Shown here piece after piece: positions 11,986-38,349 of a stretch of DNA of 64,000 nt (position 1 is the stretch's first letter; each line of letters starts with the position of its first letter). A model generated the notes under the pieces. It was not told the DNA's origin, ran no database searches, and saw only the letters and a program-made list of their open reading frames with translations. The position numbers and the translations under genes were made by a program. The DNA comes from Azolla caroliniana (Eukaryota; Plantae; Polypodiophyta): NCBI GenBank assembly GCA_043228905.1, contig JBHGNT010000006.1, positions 3,906,001 to 3,970,000 on the forward strand, given 5' to 3'.

Positions 11986-14900
11986 ATGCCTGCCGGAGGC
12001 AGAGGCAGAGGTCGTGGGTTCGATTCTAAGGTGCGCAGGACGAGAAGGAAACAGAAAGGAAGCTGCTCCCTCAATTTCTCCCTAGGGCCGGAGCTGGGCT
12101 TCTTCTCCCTCCATGCTCGGCAGCTACATGCTCTTCCAGCATCGACATCAGTATCTCCTCCTCCTGCTCATCGTATGTGTACCAGGAATTCGAATACCAT
12201 CATCCAGGAGGCTGATTCATATACTTTTACTTCCCTTCTTCGCCTCTGCACTCACCGTCGATCGGGTGCGGACGGCAGAGTGGTGCATGCCCTCCTCCTC
12301 ACATGCCTGAGCCCCATATTGACCAATGTGTACGTCGGTACGGCCCTCGTGAACATGTACTCCAAGTGTGGCATGTTCGAGGATGCGTTCGCCACGTTTG
12401 TTCGCATGCCCCATGCGACCGTCTTCACTTGGAACACCATCATCCTGTCCTGCATTCATGCTGGCCAGACCCCACGTGCTATATGGCTCTACATCACCAT
12501 GATGTCTCAAGGGTGCACTACCCCTGATGAAGTCACTCTCATCAACATTATCAGAGTCTTTACCAGCGCCCGTGATGCAAAACATGGAGCTCTGGTGTTT
12601 GCCCAGCTCATTATGGACGGGTTCAAGATCACCATTCCATTGGGCAATACCCTCCTTGATATGTACATAAAATGTGAGAGAATCGAGGATGCGGTTGGAT
12701 TGTTTGAGCAGGTGATGCCGTCACGTGATGTGATTTCATGGACGCACATGATCAGTGCACATATCAGTCACAAGGACGCCGTAGCTGCATTGGGATATTT
12801 CTTTAGGTTGCTTGTCAGTGGATTAGAACCCGATGAAATGACATTTGCAGCTGTTCTGCATACATGTGCAATGCTGGGAGATAGAAAATCTGGGAAGGAA
12901 GCACATTCGTATATGCTGGAAATGGTCAATGGCATGAATTTGTTCATAGGGGACACCCTCGTGGATATGTATGCTAAGTGCGGGAGCATCAAAGATGCTG
13001 AGAAAGTTTTCTACAACTTGCCGACAAGAAGCATCGTCTCATGGAATTCTTTGCTGACAGGGTATGTCAATCATGAACACATCAGAGAGGCTTTCAACCT
13101 TTTCTGTAAAATGCAGTGTGAAAATGCGGAAGCGAATGCAATTACCTTTGTTAGTATTCTAAATGCTTGTATTGTAGCTGAAGATTTAGAGTTTGGCATG
13201 GCTGTGCATGCTTGTGCAGTAGAAACAGAATTCCAGTCACTAACTATTGTTGGGAATGCCCTAACTAATATGTATATTAATTGTGAAAGCATTCTGGATG
13301 CACAGATGGTATTCTTGGAAATGAGAGAGCATAGTGTGGTGTCGTGGAACACCATGATTTCAGGCCTTACAAAGCATGGGCATGCATTGTATGCGATTGA
13401 TCTCTTCAAAAGAATGCAATATTCCAGTGTCGCACCTGATGCAGTTACCTATGTCAGTGTATTAAGTGCAATTGCATCCACCCAAAATCTGTATGAAGGA
13501 TGGATAATTCACAGTGACATCACTGAAATGGGATTTCAATTCAATTCTTTCATGGAAAATGCTCTAATCGATATGTACTCAAAGTGCAGGAGTCTGAATG
13601 ATGCTTGGCAAGTGTTCAACAATATGTCAAGTAGAGATATTGTCTCATGGAATGCCATTTTGTCTGGTTTGTCTATAGAGGAGCTTCACGAGGAGGTCAT
13701 GGAACTTTTCTTCAACATGAAGAGTGAAGGCATGGATCCAGATCATATCACCTTTGTAAGGGTTCTTAATGGATGTGCTAGCATAGGTTGTTTGGACAGG
13801 GGTCATTTAACTCATGCCCTTGCTATTGAATATGGATATGACCAAAATGTGTTCATTTCAACCAATATTATCGATATGTATATCAAAGCTCGAAGCCTAG
13901 AGTCTGCACAAAGAGTATTTGACAAGACGTCCAATCAGGACATTGTATCATGGACATTGATTCTTGCAGCTTATATAGATAACGGACAAGAGAATTGTGC
14001 TTTTAAAATTTTTTGTCAACTTGTCAAGCAGAACTTCAGGCAAGATGAATTCACTTTCATGAATGCTCTGAATGCTTGTGCCGGCTTAGCAGCCATAGAA
14101 AAGGGAAAGATGGTGCATTCATTCATTGTAGAGCTCGGTTTTGAAGAATCCAATTTAGTGTGCAATGCTTTGATAGATATGTATTCAAAAAGTGGAAGCA
14201 CTGTAGATGCACAACGAGTGCTAGATGCTATGCCGACACGCAATGTTGTATCATGGAATGCAATGATTTCAGGTTATGCAGAGCATGGGCAAGGAGAAAC
14301 GGCACTGCAGCTTGTTAATCAGATGCAACTCGAAGGTATAAGTTTGAATCATATTAGTTCTCTCGGTGTTCTTTCAGCATGCAGCCACACAGGATTAATG
14401 GTTGAAGGATATGATCATTTGAAATCCATGAATCAAGCCCATGGAATGAAGGCAACAATGGATCATTATGCATGTATGATTGATCTTCTTGGTCGTACTG
14501 GACACCTTGAGGAAGCTCTTGGTTTCATTAATAAATTGCCAGTTGAACCCAGTGTACATGTGTGGAAAGCATTGCTGCGAGCTGCTCACATCCATTGCAA
14601 TCTGGCTCTAGGGAAAATGGCAGCAGAGAGGGTTCTGAAGCACGATCCATCAAGTGCAACTACATACGTGATGCTATCAAACATATATGGCTCGCTTGGT
14701 ATGTGGAATGATCATGCCCAAGTTATTAGAACAATGAAGTCCAGAGGGATTCAAAAGCAGGCTGGTTGTAGTTATATTGAGATTGACAAACAGGTCTATA
14801 GTTTTGTTGCAAATGACACATCACACCATCAAACAAGAGAAATTTATGCAAAGCTTGACATGATCTTTGAAGATTTGAAAGTAGAAGGCTATGAACCTGA

Positions 14901-15168
14901 CACCTCATTTGTGAGGTATGATGTAAATGAAGATGAGAAAGAGCTCATCTTACGTCATCACAGTGAGAAACTTGCTATTGCGTTTGGCCTAATCAATACA
15001 CCACCTCAAACATCATTATGCATTATAAAAAACCTTCGAATATGTGGCGATTGTCATACTGCGTCAAAGTTCATTTCAAAAACCATGAAAAGAGAGATAA
15101 TCCTAAGAGACAATGTTCGTTTTCACCACATAAAGCATGGTGTTTGCTCATGCGGAGATTATTGGTGA
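11986..15168 (+). CDS. PLS-class PPR protein with E1/E2/E+ and complete DYW deaminase domain (organellar RNA editing factor)
   Basis: Intronless 1060-aa ORF with repeated LVDMYAKCG/VSWN PLS triplets, PG-box-like KQAGCSYIE, HSEKLAIAFGL, KNLRICGDCH, RFHH and terminal CSCGDYW. The start codon is less certain than the rest. Confidence 0.97.
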   Translation: MPAGGRGRGRGFDSKVRRTRRKQKGSCSLNFSLGPELGFFSLHARQLHALPASTSVSPPPAHRMCTRNSNTIIQEADSYTFTSLLRLCTHRRSGADGRVVHALLLTCLSPILTNVYVGTALVNMYSKCGMFEDAFATFVRMPHATVFTWNTIILSCIHAGQTPRAIWLYITMMSQGCTTPDEVTLINIIRVFTSARDAKHGALVFAQLIMDGFKITIPLGNTLLDMYIKCERIEDAVGLFEQVMPSRDVISWTHMISAHISHKDAVAALGYFFRLLVSGLEPDEMTFAAVLHTCAMLGDRKSGKEAHSYMLEMVNGMNLFIGDTLVDMYAKCGSIKDAEKVFYNLPTRSIVSWNSLLTGYVNHEHIREAFNLFCKMQCENAEANAITFVSILNACIVAEDLEFGMAVHACAVETEFQSLTIVGNALTNMYINCESILDAQMVFLEMREHSVVSWNTMISGLTKHGHALYAIDLFKRMQYSSVAPDAVTYVSVLSAIASTQNLYEGWIIHSDITEMGFQFNSFMENALIDMYSKCRSLNDAWQVFNNMSSRDIVSWNAILSGLSIEELHEEVMELFFNMKSEGMDPDHITFVRVLNGCASIGCLDRGHLTHALAIEYGYDQNVFISTNIIDMYIKARSLESAQRVFDKTSNQDIVSWTLILAAYIDNGQENCAFKIFCQLVKQNFRQDEFTFMNALNACAGLAAIEKGKMVHSFIVELGFEESNLVCNALIDMYSKSGSTVDAQRVLDAMPTRNVVSWNAMISGYAEHGQGETALQLVNQMQLEGISLNHISSLGVLSACSHTGLMVEGYDHLKSMNQAHGMKATMDHYACMIDLLGRTGHLEEALGFINKLPVEPSVHVWKALLRAAHIHCNLALGKMAAERVLKHDPSSATTYVMLSNIYGSLGMWNDHAQVIRTMKSRGIQKQAGCSYIEIDKQVYSFVANDTSHHQTREIYAKLDMIFEDLKVEGYEPDTSFVRYDVNEDEKELILRHHSEKLAIAFGLINTPPQTSLCIIKNLRICGDCHTASKFISKTMKREIILRDNVRFHHIKHGVCSCGDYW

Positions 15169-16114
15169 TAGCAACTTCATTCGTTGAGGGAAAGAAAGAG
15201 GATTAGTGTGGATTCAAGCTTGTTATTGTATATTCATATAGTGAACCATAATGCAGACCCAAATGGGTTTTATCAACACTATGATCCTACCTTCTGTTCA
15301 AATGGGCTTTTGGCTACCACCTAGCCACTGAGCGGTGTTGGCACTAAGATCCAAATTGCTGTTCAAATGAGTTTTGGGCTAGCAGTTCACTATGAAGAGA
15401 AGAGAGAAGAATTCATATATCAACAAATAGCAGTAAAATTTCTCTTCACAAGCCTTTTCCACATCAATCTCTGTAATTACATCGATTATTCAAATGTATC
15501 AATTGGGGTCAGCAAATTTAATTATATTTTATCCATTAAATTATATATAGCCTTCAATACTGATTTCTCCATAAAAAACTAATCCATATGCAATTTCCAA
15601 TTTCCAACCAGCATTCAACAACCAGCCTATATTCACTTATCACTATTATAGTGAAATTAGAATACAGTAACATAGGTGAAGTTAGAATGGAGTTAGGGAC
15701 TCAGATTGCATGGAAATTGGATTGATTTAATCTAGGTGCAATTAGAGACCCACCACAGTTACTTTATAGCTCTACATTTATTGTTTTCTCGTAAACTGAA
15801 CTCATGCAATTTGCACGTTGTGAGAAGAGCTCATGCAAATCACTTTGCTTTATTACAACTGCTTCTGGTTAAGACAAGTGTTATTATTTAGCATATTTTT
15901 TATGCTGAGGCATTCAAATCCAATAGAATCATTTTATAGATAAGACCTCTAAGATAGTATGAAAAGCTTAAAGAATTTCTGTGGTTCATCATTTGCATAT
16001 CGCTGTTTCTAATGTGCTTTTACAAATTAGTGAGAAGTGTATGTGTATTGCATTTATAACCATAACCCTTGACTCAGAGTCATTGCCCAACATCATGAAA
16101 CACAATCTGAGTGT

Positions 16115-18484
16115 TTATTTCTTGGCAGATGGCAATGTGGCATGACCAAAGGCTTGTCTCCCAAATTCAAGATTACCAAAGTTCCTGGAAGCACCCAGCA
16201 TCATATGCCACATTTCAAAATTGGGCAGCCTTTTTATCAGTGCTGCAGCTTCCTCTAGATGGCCAGACCGACTCACAATATCGATAATGCATGCATGGTG
16301 TTTAAGAGAGGGAGACAGACCAAGGTCTTTGCTCATGGCTTCAAAGTATGTCTGGCTCTTATTCAGCAGGCCTGACCGGCTGCATGCACTAAGAATAACG
16401 ACCAACGTAACAGGATTCGGCTTTATGCCTTGTGCTACCATTTTGTCAAAGTAGCCAAAGACATTATTACTCTGCCCACGCTGGGCATAGCCCATGATTA
16501 GGGCCGTCCAAGATACGACATCCCGCAAAGGAAGCTGATTAAAAACTTTGTGTGCAACTTCTACCAAGCCACATTTGGCATACATATCCACCAATGTATT
16601 ACCAATATGCTCTCTTCCAACCATCCCTCGTCGTTCGATCTCAGCATGTATTACCTGCCCTTTGTTTGTGGCTCCTATGCTGCTGCAAGCTTTTAAGCAT
16701 GAAAGAAACGTGACGGCATTGGGTGAGACTCCTTCAAACTGCATTTTTTCAAGGCAATTCAATGCTTCCTCACCATGCCCATATTCGGCAAATGCAGTAA
16801 TCAGAGAATTCCATGCAACAACATCTCTAAGTGGAAGATTGTTAAATACTGCTTGGCCTTTTGCAAGGGATCCACATTTGGCATACATATCAACCAAAGT
16901 GCTCCCAATGAATATATTATTTCCCAACTCATGTTTTTCAGCTTCTGCAAGTATTTCTTCAGCTTTATCAGCACCTTCTATGCTGGCACAAGCTTTTAAG
17001 ACGCATAGATATGTCACCTCATCCGGCAAGATATCATCCAGCTGCATCTGCTTGAATAACTCGAGTGCTTTCTCCCCATATCCATTTTCTGTATATCCTG
17101 CAATTAGTGCATTCCATGAAACTATATTTCGAAGCAAAAGCCTATTAAAGACTGTTTGTGCAACGATGAGCAAGCCACATTTAGCATACATATCAACCAG
17201 AGTGTTTCCAACAGCTAGATCTCTCTCAACAAATCCCTGTGTCTCAATCTCCGCATGTATTTTTTGACCTTTACCTAAGGCTCCAATAATGCTGCATGCT
17301 TTTAAGCCACACATAAATGTGATAGCATCAGGAGAGATACCCTCAAGTCGCATCTCCACAAAACACTGGAGGGCCTCTTCACCTTGCCCATATTCAATAT
17401 ATCCCGCAATCAAAGTATTCCACAAAACAACATTGCGAAATGTGATATCACCAAATACACGTTCTGCAATTGAAATTGACCCACATTTGGTATACATGTC
17501 AACCAAAGAACTTCCAACATAAAGGTCCTTCTCCAGTAATTCCATACACTGAACTATGGTATGTATTTCTCTGCCTTTTTCCCATGATTTTAGGATGCTA
17601 CAAGCCTTCAAACTACAAGCATATGTGACGGCATTCGGCGGAACTCCTTCTAATTGCATCTGCTGGAAACACCAATGTGCTTTATCAGTTACCCCATGCT
17701 GAACAAACCCTGCTAATAATGCAGTCCATATGACAACGTTTCTAATTGGTAACTCGAAAAACACTTCTTGTGCTTTGTCTAGGGCGCCCCATTTGGCATA
17801 CATATCAACCAATGCACTGCCAATGTATATATTCTCCAATAAACCCTGTCTTCGAATGTCCACATGTATTTCTTCACCCTTGCCAATGGCACCAATCCTG
17901 CTACAAGCTTTTAAGGCACATATGAATGTGTGTGCATTAGGAGATACACCCTCAAATTGCATCTTCTCAAAGCATGCCACAGCTTTCTCTGCATGTCCAT
18001 TGTCTGCATATGCCGTCATCAATATGGTCCATGGCACTACATTCCGAACCTGAAGCTTCTCGAAAGCATCTTCGGCCATTGTGAGACATCCACATTTTGC
18101 ATACATATCCACCAAGGTGGCACCCACAAAAGGATCTCTTTCAAGAAGGCCTGTTCCTGCAATCCAGCCATGGATTTCTTTGCCTGTTTCGAGATCCCTG
18201 TGTTTCATACAAGCCTTCAAGAGTGAAACGAAGGAGTGCCCATTTATACATTGCAATGAGCCCTCTTCATCCATTCTGCGATACGTGGCGAGACTGTGCG
18301 GTACCATACCATGTTTCACATGTTTGCTGATGATTGAATCCCAAGACTGGTAGCCAACCCTTGCAGTTCCACCAAGAATTCCTAATGTCTTTGTGCAACG
18401 GGCACGGGTGCTGATATTCCTCATTTCGTCTTCTTCTTCTTCTTCTTCCTTCGTTTCTTCTGGTTGGGGCACTTCCATGTCCAT
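16115..18484 (-). CDS. PLS-class PPR protein ending after E1 (no E2/DYW)
   Basis: Intronless ORF with about six PLS triplets (LVDMYAKCG..., RNVVxW...), then HHACIIDIVSRSGHL and WHMMLGASRNFGN, then stop. The ORF track start at 18577 is a GTG; the first in-frame ATG is 18484. Confidence 0.92.
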   Translation of the reverse strand: MDMEVPQPEETKEEEEEEDEMRNISTRARCTKTLGILGGTARVGYQSWDSIISKHVKHGMVPHSLATYRRMDEEGSLQCINGHSFVSLLKACMKHRDLETGKEIHGWIAGTGLLERDPFVGATLVDMYAKCGCLTMAEDAFEKLQVRNVVPWTILMTAYADNGHAEKAVACFEKMQFEGVSPNAHTFICALKACSRIGAIGKGEEIHVDIRRQGLLENIYIGSALVDMYAKWGALDKAQEVFFELPIRNVVIWTALLAGFVQHGVTDKAHWCFQQMQLEGVPPNAVTYACSLKACSILKSWEKGREIHTIVQCMELLEKDLYVGSSLVDMYTKCGSISIAERVFGDITFRNVVLWNTLIAGYIEYGQGEEALQCFVEMRLEGISPDAITFMCGLKACSIIGALGKGQKIHAEIETQGFVERDLAVGNTLVDMYAKCGLLIVAQTVFNRLLLRNIVSWNALIAGYTENGYGEKALELFKQMQLDDILPDEVTYLCVLKACASIEGADKAEEILAEAEKHELGNNIFIGSTLVDMYAKCGSLAKGQAVFNNLPLRDVVAWNSLITAFAEYGHGEEALNCLEKMQFEGVSPNAVTFLSCLKACSSIGATNKGQVIHAEIERRGMVGREHIGNTLVDMYAKCGLVEVAHKVFNQLPLRDVVSWTALIMGYAQRGQSNNVFGYFDKMVAQGIKPNPVTLVVILSACSRSGLLNKSQTYFEAMSKDLGLSPSLKHHACIIDIVSRSGHLEEAAALIKRLPNFEMWHMMLGASRNFGNLEFGRQAFGHATLPSAKK

Positions 18485-20321
18485 CCTGAAGGACCCTGTT
18501 TTGGGCAGAAGTTGGGCTTCCCGGGCAGAGCTTCCATGGGGGAGCTTGGTTAAGCGTATACTGGTATGAAAACCCACTGACTCTCGCTCTCTTGCACAGA
18601 ACGTAAGGCTTCCGGGAATGGAATGCCCTCACCTCTCACCCCTTAAGTCAATCAAGCAAGCCTTTGCAGCAAGCATTGGCTTGAAATCATCTCTCTCTCT
18701 CTCTCTCTCTCTGATCGTCGAGCACCAGAAGGTCTCAAGCAGATTCTGTATACCCTGCCCTGTCGGATACACCGTCATGTATGATGGCGATGGTTATGAA
18801 AGCTTTGACCATTCCTGGGGCCTCCACCAATGCCTCTCTCCAGATTTGGTGGTATGTATGTACATGAATTGATCCTAAAGTTTTGAGCTTTTGGGAATCG
18901 AGCCAGATAGCAAACAATCAATCGGTTGATGCTCGCGCTGGTGACCACACCCAAAATGTTCATCATCTCAGTCGTCCACATCATAAGTCGATTGAAGATT
19001 AAGAGCTTGATTCAATTATGGAGGTATTGTTACTCTCATGCCACACATCACCTTGATGGACACAAATTCTCGCATCCGTAACCTCATCTTCTGTTCAGTC
19101 CGAACACGTTTCATTGATTGGCGAGTTGGGTCGCCTTTGGCGGGGCGGCATTAATAAATAACTCATGACGTGTTTTCCTTGTGCAATGATCGAGGAGCAT
19201 GCCAAGCACAAATTCCTGTCGTGCCAAGTTGTTGCCACGGCCACCAAATTGGTTCTGTGGAGTTTTGGACTATTGTTTTCCATATTCTAGTAGAGGGGAA
19301 AAGACAAAGTTCATGCTATGTAGATTCTCTAATTAAAAGAAAAAGAAAATCTAGATCATGGTTGTCTACTTTTAGGAAAAACATTGACCTCATGCTCACA
19401 CATGCTCTCTATTTTGAGTGTAAATTTATAATGAACGTTAATTGGACACGGATTTTATATTTTTTGGGGAAAAAATTGGACACTGATTCATGCCTTGCTA
19501 ACCTAAGTTTGTATCATGTCTTTGTTGCCCAAACTTGATCCCATGTCAACATTGCATTCCTTTATTCTCTTGTTTCATGTTATAGGCATAACCTTAAGGA
19601 CCAATTCTAAAGCTAATTTTCATGATTTTAGAGTGGGATAAGTGGGAACCATTTTATCCTAGAACTCAAGACTAGCCCATAAGAACCTATGACACATGGG
19701 AACATATGGTGTTTTGGGAGTCTAAAGTGTGTGTTAAGCTATATAAAGAAAGTCACTTGCCCCTTCCCGACGGCATCTTGAGGCATTGTCAAGAAAGACT
19801 ATTGGCGAGGTAGAGCTCTCTTCGTGTGGATCCATTCATCGCAAAATCTAAGCTATAACACGAATCAAGCTTCTTTCTTTTTTTTTTCCCGCTATTTTTA
19901 ATTCATCCACACCACCCATGTAGTGGATAAGTCCAGGTTCATGTACGGATTGAACAATGTGATTGCACATCTGCATACATTTTCTAGAGAATTCCAGAGG
20001 TGAGAGCAGGGGGTAGTGGATGCGATAGGGTCCTCTCTAACCCTATCATTCTTTTGTATGTGCCCCCCCGCCCTTTAACATGCGATATGTGTCCTCGGGT
20101 TTCTTGTCAGTAAGGATTCTTTTGGGCATTCGAAGTGTCTATTGGTCGGTCATTCATTATTACACGCACTTCACGTGGTATGGGTGCTAAGTTCTAACCT
20201 CACTCACAAGAGGCCACACCACTCTTTTCATTTCTTTTACATATTCTCTTCTCTTCCTCTGCTCAGTACTACTAGTAAGTAAGTACATACATATTCTCAG
20301 GGGGAACGTATATCTGTAGCC

Positions 20322-30903
<10,582 letters not shown>

Positions 30904-33900
30904 CTCCCAAACTCATCTCGCACCAATTTTCTCTCGCTATGACTTTTATTGTTTGCCTGCATCCAAAAAAATATTTAACCGTACACCATTCCCCGCCCCT
31001 TTTCTCCTCATATGTTAAAGAGTCAGGTTAGAGATGGTGTCAAGACATTCTGCAAGGGTCCTAAAATTTGCAAGCTCAATGTTAATTATAAACAATTTAT
31101 AAAAGCTGATGTTAATTAAACATGTATAATGGTGCAAATTTAGACTATTGTATGCAAGCTCAATGGACACACTGGATTAATACCAAGTGAATTCATTCAG
31201 GCGTTTTAATACAGAACTTTTTTAATGCCTATACTAACGTCACCCATTTTTTAGCAATTTATTATCATGAAGTATAATATAATTTAATACAGTATTAAAC
31301 AATGACTAATAGTAAGATACTCTAGTTATGCAATGGTTGCGTATGCCTTGAACTCATAAGAGTAAGAGCCCATATTACTGCTGCTTACAGTAATATAATA
31401 TAAACAAAGAAGTCTATGATTAACATTCATGATAATCTAATTATTTGTAGTAATGATGCTTAGCTAGCTTCAATAACATTTCGAGTGTCAATCTTTTCAA
31501 TTGTATTTTGGTACTTCAGTGGCTCCACCCAGCGGCTGAAAACTACCCTTTTCCCCCAATCAAAAGGATGGCATTCAATTAAAGCAATTGATACAGTTGA
31601 AAAGGTAGCAAGGGAGGAGTGGGATATGACATGTGTATGAGAGGTTTGGAATAATGAGCGTTCTAGATAAGATGTCAAAAACACCCTGATTGATTAATAC
31701 ATCAATAATACCGTTCATGTTGGCTGGTATGTCAATAATATCATTCTTAATTTCCAAAATAAACTTAGCGTGGGTTGTCATGTCATTAATGTCCCTACAG
31801 AAGTACTCCCAGAACGAATGGGTCAAAAACCTTCAGCTCCCCAAGCTGGATCTACAGGTTCCACCTTTCTTGTTAATCCATAGTGATCCATTACCCATAT
31901 GTCTTGAGACTAAATATGTCTTCAGACTAAACCTAATACATACATAATCTAGCTGTAATACCACATCCATTGACATAATTCGGTTGTTTGTAAAATATTG
32001 AGTAGCTCCATTTGGGCATACCTTTAAACAATAATGCAACAATAGAATTGCAATGGAGATCAACAAACTTTAAAAGTGGTCCTAAGAACATGCACTAGGA
32101 GTCAATCTCGTCACTTGTCATTCAACCCACATTTTAGGGTATTGCTTTTGCACAATTATCTAAGCGTTCCCCATTTTACATGTGTTCAATTAACTTCAAG
32201 AAGAAATCCATTGTGACTATAATCATTGAATAAGTGGTGCCCACATTGTGCATTATAACCTATTTCTATCATAAATATCTATTTGGCTTCTCATATAATT
32301 TGAGCATGATGACTGGGAGCTCGTAAGAATCCAAAATGATGGGCATCTTGAATTTCCACTAGCAATTCCTCATCCACAACCTTGTTGACATTTCTGTTGC
32401 TTTATCAAGCACTCATGACTTGGCATTAAATCTACGCTTATGCCTTCCAAAGTCATGATGTCAAAGAAGTGCAAAAGATGTAGTGCCTTGTTCTCATGTT
32501 TAAGTGTTAGGTGGAAAATAATGTCTCCAAAAAGAAATAATGGAAGAGACAAAGGTTGTACACATAGCAAAATGCCAAAGCACAATTATAACAAAGAAAT
32601 TGAATGTTGATGCACCTTACTAAGATTAGTATTAGACTTAAAGGTTGCTAGCCTTAATTGTTACCCATTAACTTCTTATTCACATGAACAAACTCAACTA
32701 TAACGTGAGGTGAGCAAAGCTAGTTCTAGAACATAAGAGACACTTGTAGTGTATCCCTAATACTAGGGAATAGCCATATGTGATAAAAAAATCTCATCTT
32801 CCGGCTTTTTGTCCACGGAAGCAGTGCATGGTGCTTCTCCACCAAGCCGGCCGTTATGCTTTCAATTTGATCTCACTATGTCTGGATTTTCTCGTGCAAA
32901 CTATAAGCGGTGCAATTGCATTGTATTTTTCTTTTGACTTGAGTATAGTGAAATGTTGAGGAAATATATTGCAGAGTTTCTGAATATCATACCTGATATA
33001 TAATCGTTGCAAAGTTGGTAAATAATTAATATTATTTCTTTTGGCAATTTCTATTGTTTACAATTTTTCTACATCAATTTGTTTTAGTGAATCGATCATG
33101 AATTAAATTCTGCTTGGTGGAGGAAGACAAATTATATCAACATGGTGATGCTGACAATAGGCCCCCACACTTTGAATGAATATAGACTTGCTTTTTTACC
33201 TTTTATTTTATTTCTCTTAGGCCAATGTCAGCCTTTACTTCTTTCTCTCTGGATAATATTCTCAAAGAGTTACAACTTGCCCATCTTTTTCTTTTGCCCG
33301 AAGGCTACAACTTGCTCCGTCTTCTTAAGGGTGGGTTTGTAAATTTTGATTCTCCATTGGATTCGAAATAAAGAATAGCTCAACCATATACTGCAATGTG
33401 TTGTTTAATATTGATTTATATAGTATTTCCTGAAATCAGATTCATAGAAATTTTGAAATTTGTAAAACTAGTTCATCAAAATTACTTTTAATATCGTTTC
33501 AGAATTTGCACCATATTTAATTGAGTGCCATGAATTCAGCAGAGCTTGTAATTCAATGAAATTGTGAACTTAGATGGAGGTGGCATTTGGAGATTCTTAT
33601 GCTTTTTAAGTTGAAAACTAGAAATATACCTGTAGTGTCAAACAGCAATTAAATGGGTGTTCAGCGCAAGTCATATGTGTGGTCAAGAGATTACTAACTA
33701 TATATCTTTAACTTAATTATGTTTTTCTACAATCATAATCTATTTACAACAGGTGTTAGCTTTTGGATTCGTATTCATGATTGGCCGAGGAAAACAAACA
33801 GCGAGGATGATTCAAAACCTAACTAAGACTAGGACTCACTTGCAGATGTGTATTTTCTGCATTTAAGTAATTTTCCAAATCCGATCATGGACATCTATCT

Positions 33901-33926
33901 ATCAACGAATTCCTCCTGCTTCCTAA

Positions 33927-37458
<3,532 letters not shown>

Positions 37459-37589
37459 TTATATGGATTTGTATATTATTATGCTATAGACATACATACA
37501 TATATACATGAGACAGAGACAGAGATTGCTTCATTGATGTGTATGTTATGTATTGTTGTGAAAGCAGGAGGAGGAAGAGGAAGAGGGGT

Positions 37590-37616
37590 ATGTTTATGTA
37601 TGTATGTATGTATGTG

Positions 37617-37649
<33 letters not shown>

Positions 37650-37780
37650 TGTATGTATTGTAAATTTGTATGTATGTATGTATGTGATCTATATGATGTA
37701 TGTGATGTATGTGATGTATGTAGGTAGGTAGTATGTATGTGATCTATGTGACGTATGTATGTATGTATGTATGTATGTAC
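37590..37780 (-). repeat. (CATA)n-rich microsatellite upstream of CIPK (reads TATG on +)
   Basis: Seen directly; boundaries approximate. Confidence 0.9.
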
Positions 37781-38286
37781 AGTGCAAAGAAAGAAGATTT
37801 CTTCCCTCGAGGCTCCCCCTAGGTATTGACGGTGCACAACACACACGCAACATGCAACACGCAACACGCGGTCAATCCTCACGAGAGGCTCCGATGGGCA
37901 GGGGCCCATCGATCCGCAATTTGTCTCCCCCGCAAACCCCAATCTCATTGCATCTACCGGGCTCCACACCCACACATCCATTCCATGCAATCCACCAACC
38001 CATACCCCTCCCCCCCCCCCCCCCCCCCCCCACCACAGCACACACACACACACACACGAAGAAGCCCTCTGACATCACAAACTCCTCATCCCATCCCTCT
38101 ACATCGTCACATCGGCATCACGCCCCACACCTTGATTGCACCAGTCCAAACATTTCACTCCTCTCATTACCCTTACGGGCCCCGATGCCTCTCCGAATAT
38201 TCTCGAATATTACTTCACGACTGAGTCGTTTCATCAAAAAAACTCCCTACCTTGGTCCCACTTTTTGACATAATGAAGGCACTCCC

Positions 38287-38290
<4 letters not shown>

Positions 38291-38346
<56 letters not shown>
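38291..38346. repeat. (CT)n microsatellite
   Basis: Seen directly. Confidence 0.95.

Positions 38347-38349
<3 letters not shown>

Noticed and set aside
12008-12035. tRNA T-loop/B-box-like AGAGGTCGTGGGTTCGATTC
   Set aside because: The 3' side (CTAAG) cannot pair to form a T-stem, there is no A-box or cloverleaf, and it lies within the PPR ORF.
12113-18353. Many medium ORFs antisense or out of frame within the two PPR genes (e.g. 16548-17267)
   Set aside because: Shadow ORFs from repetitive PPR coding sequence, with no independent motifs.
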